Source: Kofleriaceae bacterium | GTDB lineage: Bacteria > Myxococcota_A > Polyangia > Haliangiales > Haliangiaceae | Reading direction: 5' to 3' | Assembly (NCBI GenBank): GCA_046597055.1 | Contig: JBKJLC010000182.1 | Span: forward strand, 1 to 13,971 | Length of the DNA stretch: 13,971 nucleotides | Shown: positions 1 through 6,159 of the stretch, piece after piece | Numbering within the stretch: position 1 is the first letter of the stretch | How the letters are laid out: each line of letters starts with the position of its first letter | The notes under the pieces: model-generated | Database searches by the model: none | Seen by the model: the letters and a program-made list of their open reading frames with translations, nothing else | Told to the model about the DNA's origin: nothing | Translations under genes and position numbers: made by a program

Positions 1-231
1 CAGCTGCAGCGCGCGGCGAGCAGCGTCCACCTCAACCTCAGCGAGTCACAGGGGCGCGAGGGCGGCGATCGCCGCCGCTTCTTCGAGTTCGCCGCCGGCA
101 GCGCGTTCGAGGTGCGCGGCGCGCTCGAGGCCGCCGACGACTGGGGCTGGATCGGCGACGTCGCCGCGATCCATCGCACCGCCCGCCGCATGATCGCGCT
201 GCTCTGGGGCCTACGCTGCACCGCGCAGTGA
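1..231 (+). CDS. Four-helix-bundle protein (TIGR02436 / 23S-rRNA-IVS-protein-like), 5' end outside the window
   Basis: Not in the ORF track. Frame 1 translates to QLQRAASSVHLNLSESQGREGGDRRRFFEFAAGSAFEVRGALEAADDWGWIGDVAAIHRTARRMIALLWGLRCTAQ*, with TGA at 229-231. This fits the family pattern QLxRAAxSVxxNxxExxGR...RFFxxAxGSAxE. Confidence 0.85.
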   Translation, partial: QLQRAASSVHLNLSESQGREGGDRRRFFEFAAGSAFEVRGALEAADDWGWIGDVAAIHRTARRMIALLWGLRCTAQ

Positions 232-287
232 TTTGACCGCCCCCGGCCGCGCGCCGGCACCGCGCTCGGCCGCGGACCCCGAACGAC

Positions 288-416
288 GGCGTGGGCGTGA
301 GCGTGGGCTCGAACGCGGGCGCAGGTGCCGGCACGGGCACGAGCGCAAGCGCGGGCGCGGGCGCAGGCGCAGGGCGCAGGCGTCAGCTCGGCGCGGGCGC
401 AGGTGCGGGCGCGGGC
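288..416. repeat. Degenerate hexamer tandem repeat, ~21 units (most common units GGCGCG/GGCGCA)
   Basis: Units read ggcgtg ggcgtg agcgtg ggctcg aacgcg ggcgca ggtgcc ggcacg ggcacg agcgca agcgcg ggcgcg ggcgca ggcgca [g] ggcgca ggcgtc agctc ggcgcg ggcgca ggtgcg ggcgcg. There is one +1 slip (372) and one -1 slip (385-389). Confidence 0.85.
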
Positions 417-450
417 CGGTGCTGCTCACGGCGCCCGCCTGCCGTCCGCC

Positions 451-465
451 GTCAGTCAGTCAGTC
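451..465. repeat. (GTCA)n microsatellite, ~3.75 units
   Basis: gtcagtcagtcagtc. Confidence 0.5.
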
Positions 466-490
466 CACGAGCGCGGACACCACCCTGGGC

Positions 491-990
491 GTCTGCCCTC
501 AGCACCCCGCACATGTTCTTGTGGCCCTGAGCCAGGCTCGCGAAGCGCGGAGCCCGCGGTCGAGGGCATGCCGTCGAAGAACGTGTGCTGCACCTTGCAG
601 GCCTGCCCTCTGGATCGCGCACATCTTCCCGGTGTCCCTGAAGCCAGGGCGAGCGCACGCGAGCCCGCCGTCGAAGGGCAGCCGGCAGCCCGTCGGAGCG
701 GCGTGCGGCTCCTCGCCGCTCTTCCCTTCGACGCGGCGCCTTCGGCGCCGGCTCAGGGACACCGGGAAAGGGCGAGCGCTGCCGATCACCGGGAGGCTTG
801 GGATCAATCCAGAGGTCCGCCCTTCGACATGGCGCTTCGCGCCGGCTCAGGGCCACCGGAAAAAGGGAAGCGCTTCCGATCACTTCGAGAGGCATGGTCT
901 GCCCTTCGACCTCGCGCTGCGCGCCTCGCTCAGGGCCACCGGGGAAGGAGCGCACTTCTGTTCGCCTGGCGAAGTTGTGATCAATCCCGA
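491..990. repeat. REP/BIME-like array: five copies of CCCTTCGAC-[variable hairpin]-GCTCAGGG(A/C)CACCGG, two reverse then three forward
   Basis: Reverse copies A ~521-567 and B ~626-679; forward copies C 724-768, D 820-863 and E 902-945. B and C share a perfect 16-bp inverted repeat (TTCCCGGTGTCCCTGA 626-641 / TCAGGGACACCGGGAA 753-768). The array lies between convergent genes. Confidence 0.85.
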
Positions 991-1032
991 GCCGCCCGCG
1001 CCGCTTCGCCGTGATGGTGGCGCAACGCCCGG

Positions 1033-2649
1033 TCAGCGCCGCGCGCCGAGGTCGACCGTGATCATGAGCGGCTGGGTCGCGGTGTCCGAGGTCACCGGCG
1101 GCCGGCGCTGGCCCTCGAAGCTGCGCCACCAGGCCAGCGCGCCGTCCTCGTCCCAGGCCGGCACCGGCAGCGCGCCGAGCGCGGTGCGCAGGGCCGCCGC
1201 CGAGGCGGGACGGGCCGCCGGATCCTTGGCGAGGCAGGTCATGATCAGCGCCTCGAGCGCCGGCGGGATCGGGCGGTCGGTGCGGGTCGACGGCGGCCGC
1301 GGCGGTGTGGTCACGTGGTGCAGGCACAGCTCGACCGCGTTCTTGCCGCTGAACAGCCGATGGCCGGTGAGCAGGTAGTAGCCGAGCGCGCCGAGCGCGT
1401 AGAGATCGCTGGCCGGACCGACCTGGTCGGGGTTGGTGACCAGCTCGGGCGCGAGGTAGTCGGGCGTGCCGAGCAGGCGGCCGCCGCCGCTGGTGGGCGC
1501 GGCGATCTCCTGGGCCAGGCCGAAGTCGAGCACCTTGGCGACGTCAGGCTGGTTGCCGCGCCGGCACAGCATCACGTTGGCAGGCTTGATGTCGCGGTGG
1601 GCGAGCCCGCGACCGTGGGCCTCGTCGAGCGCGCCGCAGATCTGGCGCAGCACGTGGATGACCCGCGCCGGCGGCTGCGGGCCGTCGAGCGTGACCAGGT
1701 GCTCGAGGTTGACGCCGTCGAGGAACTCCATCGCGTAGTAGAAGACGCCGCTAGGGCTGTGGCCGTAGTCGTAGATCGCGACCGTGTTGGGATGGGTGAG
1801 CTGGCTCATGTGCTGGACCTCGCGCTCGAGGCGGGCCAGGTTCTCGGCGTCGTACTTGTCGGGCGGCACCACCTTGATCGCGGTGGGCCGCCGCAGGAGC
1901 GCGTGGCGGCCGCGGTAGACGGTGCCCATGCCGCCCTTGCCGATCTCCTCATCGAGCATGTACTGGCCGAGTTGCTGCTGCAGGGCCAGGCTGATCTGCC
2001 GGCGTAGGCCGTAGATCACGCGCGACCCGAACGTCGCGAGCAGGCACGCGATCAGCAGGAACAACAGCAAGCCGATCACGAACGCGACCGGCGGCACGTC
2101 GGTGCGCCCGGGCTGATCGACCGCGATCGCCACGCCGGCGGTGAGCAGCGGCATGCACGAGAGGCCGCTGACCACGGCGGTGCGCCGCCCGCTCGACGGG
2201 ATCATGATGGCCCGGCTGAACACCATGAAGATGTTCCAGATGAACGCGGTGTAGATCGCGACCCGCTGATCGGACTGGAAGTATGCGGCGATGCCAAACA
2301 GCATCCCGATCAGCAGCGCGTAGAGCGCGTCGACCCGGTACAGCGCCTCGAGCGAGATCTGGCGGCGGGGCAGGGTGACCTGCCAGATCACCGCGAGCAG
2401 GAGCAACCCGCCGGTCGCCAGGGTGTGGACCAGGTCGGCGCGCTCGGGGCGGGTCTCCGGGTAGACCTCGTACATCCCCAGCACGAAGCCGAACAGCGCC
2501 CAGAAGATGCAGAACATGACCTTCGAGAACAGCGCGAGCCGGTCGCGGACGTAGTCGCGCACCTCCTCGTCGTTGGCGCCCGGGCTCCACGGCAGCGCCG
2601 CGCGCAGGGTGCGACGCGGGATCAGCCACGGCCAGCGGCGGGCGCTCAC
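1033..2649 (-). CDS. Membrane-anchored Hanks-type Ser/Thr protein kinase (about 6 N-terminal TM helices, C-terminal kinase domain)
   Basis: Motifs present: IGKGGMGTVY, AIK, HRDIKPAN, DFG, GTPDYLAPE, SDLYALG. Six hydrophobic segments precede QQLGQY. Start placed at the in-frame GTG at 2649 (uncertain), because the ORF-track extension to 2964 overlaps the DGPF gene. Confidence 0.9.
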   Translation of the reverse strand: MSARRWPWLIPRRTLRAALPWSPGANDEEVRDYVRDRLALFSKVMFCIFWALFGFVLGMYEVYPETRPERADLVHTLATGGLLLLAVIWQVTLPRRQISLEALYRVDALYALLIGMLFGIAAYFQSDQRVAIYTAFIWNIFMVFSRAIMIPSSGRRTAVVSGLSCMPLLTAGVAIAVDQPGRTDVPPVAFVIGLLLFLLIACLLATFGSRVIYGLRRQISLALQQQLGQYMLDEEIGKGGMGTVYRGRHALLRRPTAIKVVPPDKYDAENLARLEREVQHMSQLTHPNTVAIYDYGHSPSGVFYYAMEFLDGVNLEHLVTLDGPQPPARVIHVLRQICGALDEAHGRGLAHRDIKPANVMLCRRGNQPDVAKVLDFGLAQEIAAPTSGGGRLLGTPDYLAPELVTNPDQVGPASDLYALGALGYYLLTGHRLFSGKNAVELCLHHVTTPPRPPSTRTDRPIPPALEALIMTCLAKDPAARPASAAALRTALGALPVPAWDEDGALAWWRSFEGQRRPPVTSDTATQPLMITVDLGARR

Positions 2650-2708
2650 GACGGTGCGCCCAGGAATTGCGGACGGTTGCCGGGCCGGGACATAAAGGCC
2701 AGCGCGCG

Positions 2709-2735
2709 TGTCGATCCGGCGGTCCGGCGTTCGTC
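2709..2735 (+). promoter_or_regulatory. Putative ECF42-type sigma factor promoter (-35 TGTCGA, -10 CGTC)
   Basis: TGTCGA (2709-2714), 17-nt spacer, CGTC (2732-2735), ~80 nt upstream of a DGPF gene. DGPF genes are the known target class of ECF42 sigma factors. Confidence 0.7.
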
Positions 2736-2817
2736 GTGAAGACAACGAGCACGCGTCGCCCGGCCAGCACCGGCCCGCGCCCACGCGCTCATCCCCCGAC
2801 CCCCAGGAGCCACGACG

Positions 2818-3240
2818 ATGCGTTTCATGATGCTGATGATCCCCAAGGGCTACGAGCAGGCCGCGCCCGGCACGATGCCACCGGCCGACGGCGTGGCCAA
2901 GATGATGAAGTACAACGACGCCTTGCAGAAGGCCGGGGTGTTGCTCGCGTGCGAGGGCCTCCACCCGCCCTCGGCGGGCGCCCGCATCACCTTCGGCGGC
3001 GGCAAGCCCAAGGTCACCGACGGCCCGTTCGCCGAGGCCAAGGAGGTGCTGGGCGGCTACTGGATGATCCAGGTCAAGTCGCGCGAAGAGGCGATCGCGT
3101 GGGCATCGCGCTGCCCGGCCGGCGAGAACGAGCTCATCGAGGTGCGCCAGGTCCAGGAGATGGAGGACTTCCCGGCCGATGTGCAGGCGGTCGTCGCCAG
3201 CTTCCCCGACTTGCAGGCGCTGCCGGGCGCCAGGCCCTGA
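2818..3240 (+). CDS. YciI/DGPF (DGPFAETKE) family protein
   Basis: Contains GLHPPSAGARI...VTDGPFAEAKEVLGGYWMI...EEAIAWASRCP...IEVRQV. An AGGAG SD lies upstream of ATG 2818. Confidence 0.95.
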   Translation: MRFMMLMIPKGYEQAAPGTMPPADGVAKMMKYNDALQKAGVLLACEGLHPPSAGARITFGGGKPKVTDGPFAEAKEVLGGYWMIQVKSREEAIAWASRCPAGENELIEVRQVQEMEDFPADVQAVVASFPDLQALPGARP

Positions 3241-3251
3241 CCCGCCCGGCC

Positions 3252-3283
3252 GCGCGCTTCACGTGAACCTCACGTGACCGCGC
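3252..3283. promoter_or_regulatory. Tandem TCACGTGA palindromes (hairpin or operator) between the DGPF gene and the barrel operon
   Basis: TCACGTGA at 3259-3266 and 3270-3277 (11-bp period), flanked by GCGCG/CGCGC. Confidence 0.4.
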
Positions 3284-3320
3284 TGGGAGCCTCACGCGCC
3301 GCCGGTGCATAACCGGAGGC

Positions 3321-4223
3321 GTGCGAGCCGTCTTCCTCGGGATCCTGATCTGCGTCGCCACGGCGGCGCACGCGGAGCCGCCGCACGAGCACGCGCGTCG
3401 CCCCGACAGCACCTGGCGCGCGCTGATGCGCGGGCCGTTCTGGTCGTCGCGCCTGTTCGCGACCCCGGTCGCCGACACGGTCGGGCCCTACGTCCTGGCG
3501 ATGAGCTGGGACGGCAGCCTGCTCGAGGACCCCGGCATCCTGTCGTCGGCCGGCGTGGTCGCGGTCGGGTTCGGCGACATCGCCCAGCTCGAGTACCGCC
3601 ACACCTCGGCGATCAGCCTCGACGAGGCCCAGGCGCCGGTGCCGGCGGTCGGGCTCCAGCTCGAGGCGCCGCTGCCGTCGGGCCGGGGCTGGCCGGCAGT
3701 CGCGCTCGCGTTCCGGCTCGGCGTGCCGCGTCGCGAGGACGTCGAGGGGCTCACCGTCGACGAGACGGTCACCGACCTGTACCTGATGACGCGGCTCCAC
3801 CTGTGGGGACCGCTCACGCCGGTGACCCTGCACGGGGGCGTGCGGCTGTCGGCAGCGCGCATCGAGCTGGGCGGCACCGGCACCGGCGAGGCGCGTCGGC
3901 GCCAGTGGCTGCCCGCCGGCGGCGTCACCGTCGCGGTCACCGACGAGACCCTGGCGATCGTCGAGCTCGGGCTCGCGCCGTCCTTCGATCTCGACGGCGC
4001 CGGCGCGCCGACCATCGAGGCCGGCGTGATGGGACGGCTCGGCGCTCGCTGGTTCTTGCATCCCGCGTTCTCGTTCGACATCAGCCTCGGCTACCAGCGC
4101 GACGACGCCACCGCTCCCGGCGGCGTGCGCGCGGTCGTCGACTGGGATATCCGCCTGGGCGGCGAGCTGTTCGTGCCATGGGGCGCGATCGCCTGCCGGA
4201 GCCTGGGCGCCTTTTGCTCGTGA
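3321..4223 (+). CDS. Secreted hypothetical protein, putative outer-membrane beta-barrel (paralog 1 of 3)
   Basis: GTG start; signal peptide MRAVFLGILICVATAAHA. Blocks shared with the next two genes: RLFATPVA, VGFGDIAQL, PAVALAFR, LYL, TLHGG, LGARW, FSFDISLG. Alternating strand-like pattern. Confidence 0.75.
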   Translation: MRAVFLGILICVATAAHAEPPHEHARRPDSTWRALMRGPFWSSRLFATPVADTVGPYVLAMSWDGSLLEDPGILSSAGVVAVGFGDIAQLEYRHTSAISLDEAQAPVPAVGLQLEAPLPSGRGWPAVALAFRLGVPRREDVEGLTVDETVTDLYLMTRLHLWGPLTPVTLHGGVRLSAARIELGGTGTGEARRRQWLPAGGVTVAVTDETLAIVELGLAPSFDLDGAGAPTIEAGVMGRLGARWFLHPAFSFDISLGYQRDDATAPGGVRAVVDWDIRLGGELFVPWGAIACRSLGAFCS

Positions 4224-4230
4224 GGAACCC

Positions 4231-5262
4231 ATGAGACAGCTCCGATCCACGTCTTGCCTGGTGACCCTGGTGCTCGTCGCCGCCGGAGGTGGCGCGCTCG
4301 CGCAGCCGATCCCGCCGGAGCCGATGCCCGAGCCGCTGCCGCCGCCGGTGGAGCCGGAGCCGGCGGTCGAGGATCCGGCGCGCGCGGCCGAGGATCCGAC
4401 GCGCCCGGCCGAGCCGCCCCCGGCCGACCCGGACGTGGCCCCCGATCCGCCGCCGGTGCCGGCGCCGGGCAACCTGGCCGCGGCGGTCGCGAGCACGGTC
4501 GCGCCCAGGCTCGAGATGCACTTCCCCAACATCCTGCGCGCGCCGAGCGGGCACCTGTTGCCGGCGGCGGTGATCTGGTCGACCACCGGCGTCCACACCG
4601 GCGGCTCGGTCTACAGCGACATGCACGTCGGGCTCGGCGACGTCGCCGAGTTTGGCCTGAGCATCACCGATCTGATCCGGGTCAAGGGTGGGCCCGACGC
4701 CGAGCCCGAGGCGGTCACGCCGTTCGTCGAGGCGTCGTTCAAGATGGGCGTCGGCGAGGACCGGCTGGTCCGACACCAGCCGGCGATCGCGCTCGCGTTC
4801 CGCAAGTCGTTCGAGCATCACCAGCACGGCGCCACCGTCCGCACCGCCGGGCTGTTCCTGATCGCCAGCAAGAGCATCGGCTCGCGGCTGACCCTGCACG
4901 GCGGTGGCGTGATGTGGGACGCGTCGCTCGGCGAGACCGACGGCAGCACGTTCTACCTGCACGACGGCGGGCTGAACCAGCAGCTGCGGCCGTTCGGCGC
5001 GCTCGAGGTCGAGCCGCTGCCGCGCTCGCAGATCATGGTCGAGCTGTCGTGGGTGCCCGAGCTGGCGCGCAATCCGTCGACCGCGAAGCTGTCGGCCCTG
5101 CTCGCGTGGGGCGTGCGCTACCGCATCACCACGCTGTTCGCGTTCGAGTCGGGGGTGCGCATCCAGGGCATCGAGGACGCCGACCTGCTCGAGGCCCAGA
5201 TCTTCGGCCAGCTGTCGTGGGGCACCGACCGGGTCCGGCGCGCGATCGCGAGCTTGCGCTGA
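4231..5262 (+). CDS. Secreted hypothetical protein, putative outer-membrane beta-barrel with Pro/Glu-rich N-terminal linker (paralog 2 of 3)
   Basis: SD GAGGA overlaps the upstream stop. Signal peptide ends GGALA and is followed by a ~55-aa Pro-rich tract. Blocks: NILRAPSG, VGLGDVAEF, SFKMG, PAIALAFR, LFL, TLHGG, WGVRY, FAFESGVR. Confidence 0.8.
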   Translation: MRQLRSTSCLVTLVLVAAGGGALAQPIPPEPMPEPLPPPVEPEPAVEDPARAAEDPTRPAEPPPADPDVAPDPPPVPAPGNLAAAVASTVAPRLEMHFPNILRAPSGHLLPAAVIWSTTGVHTGGSVYSDMHVGLGDVAEFGLSITDLIRVKGGPDAEPEAVTPFVEASFKMGVGEDRLVRHQPAIALAFRKSFEHHQHGATVRTAGLFLIASKSIGSRLTLHGGGVMWDASLGETDGSTFYLHDGGLNQQLRPFGALEVEPLPRSQIMVELSWVPELARNPSTAKLSALLAWGVRYRITTLFAFESGVRIQGIEDADLLEAQIFGQLSWGTDRVRRAIASLR

Positions 5263-5283
5263 ACCGGGCGAAGCGAGGTGGCC

Positions 5284-6111
5284 ATGCACGTCGCCCGACC
5301 CATGCGCGCCGTCCTCGCGATCGCGGTCGTGCTCGGGGCCGCCCGCCCGGCGGTCGCCGAGGTCGTGCCGCCGGCCGCGCCGACCGCGCCGCGGCTGCTG
5401 CACGCGCCGACCGCCTGGTTGCAGCCGTCGGGGCAGCTCCACGCCGCTGCCGGGATCAGTCATCGCGCGGGTGCCCAGGCCGCGCTCGTGCTCGGGATCG
5501 GCGGCCTCGCCGAGGTCGATCTCGATCTGACCGACCGGCTGGTCGCGTGCGAGCCGTGCGCCGGCGACCGCACCGCGACCGCGCTCGCCGCGCGCAGCGC
5601 GCTGTTCAAGATCGGGCTGGCCCGCCGTCCAGGTGGCGGCCGGCTGGGCGCCGGGGTCGCGCTCGGCCTGCGCCGCAGCCTCGCGACCCGCGCCGTCGCC
5701 GTCGGCGCGCGCGCCGGTGAGCTCGAGGCCGTCGAGCTCTACCTGGTCGGCGGCCTGGCCTGGCGCGGGGTCGAGGTCCACGGCGGCGCCACGCTCCACG
5801 CCGCGCGCCACGGCGGCGGCAGCGGGCTCGGCGCGCTGCGCGAGCGGGTGCGTCCGGTCGGCGGTCTGGCGTGGACCCCGACGCCGTATCCGCGCACGGT
5901 GCTGCTCGCCGACGTGACCTGGACGCCGACCGTGGCGCCGGCCGGCCCGGCGCTGGGCTGGACCATCGGCTGGGGGGTGCGCTACCAGGCGCTGCGCTGG
6001 AGCTCGATCGAGCTGGCGGTGCGCAACCGCCAGGCCGAGGAGCTGGGCGACGCCACCGTGTTCGTCCGGGTCAACGGCGTGCTCGCGCTCGGGCGCGGCG
6101 GGCCGCGCTGA
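5284..6111 (+). CDS. Secreted hypothetical protein, putative outer-membrane beta-barrel (paralog 3 of 3)
   Basis: GAGG SD 5 nt before ATG 5284 (alternative starts 5278 and 5302). Signal peptide ends RPAVA. Blocks: RLLHAPTA, LGIGGLAEV, LFKIG, VALGLR, LYL, EVHGG, WGVRY, SSIELAVR. Confidence 0.75.
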   Translation: MHVARPMRAVLAIAVVLGAARPAVAEVVPPAAPTAPRLLHAPTAWLQPSGQLHAAAGISHRAGAQAALVLGIGGLAEVDLDLTDRLVACEPCAGDRTATALAARSALFKIGLARRPGGGRLGAGVALGLRRSLATRAVAVGARAGELEAVELYLVGGLAWRGVEVHGGATLHAARHGGGSGLGALRERVRPVGGLAWTPTPYPRTVLLADVTWTPTVAPAGPALGWTIGWGVRYQALRWSSIELAVRNRQAEELGDATVFVRVNGVLALGRGGPR

Positions 6112-6124
6112 ACCCTCTTGAGGG

Positions 6125-6153
6125 TTGACATCGTGTTTATAATACACGAAGGT
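6125..6153 (+). promoter_or_regulatory. Perfect -35 TTGACA followed by a palindromic GT-N7-AC operator (NrtR-like box)
   Basis: TTGACA at 6125-6130, then TCGTGT-TTATAAT-ACACGA at 6131-6149 (6-bp arms, 7-nt spacer). This is an AT-rich island in very GC-rich DNA, 10 nt before the DUF4291 ATG. Confidence 0.65.
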
Positions 6154-6159
6154 GAGCCG

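Noticed and set aside
491..990. CRISPR array
   Set aside because: Repeats occur in both orientations, have variable internal hairpins and mutually homologous linkers, and no cas genes are visible.
1..1030. Diversity-generating retroelement (Avd-like gene plus repeats)
   Set aside because: No reverse transcriptase in the window and no TR/VR pair with adenine-specific mismatches. Sequence upstream of the window cannot be assessed.
233..1378. ORFs 233-1378, 325-1014, 452-1327, 291-530 and similar
   Set aside because: Arg/Ala/Pro-rich translations across repeats or antisense to the kinase, with no recognisable motifs; stop-poor frames are expected in high-GC DNA.
2650..2964. N-terminal extension of the kinase to ATG 2964
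   Set aside because: It overlaps the well-supported DGPF gene and its promoter on the opposite strand.
3255..3270. parS site (TTCACGTGAA core)
   Set aside because: Only 12/16 match to TGTTTCACGTGAAACA, with mismatched outer arms, and it is isolated; a tandem palindrome explains it more simply.
6125..6143. Perfect sigma70 promoter TTGACA/TATAAT
   Set aside because: The hexamers are only 7 nt apart, so they cannot act as a -35/-10 pair; TATAAT lies in the spacer of the palindromic operator.
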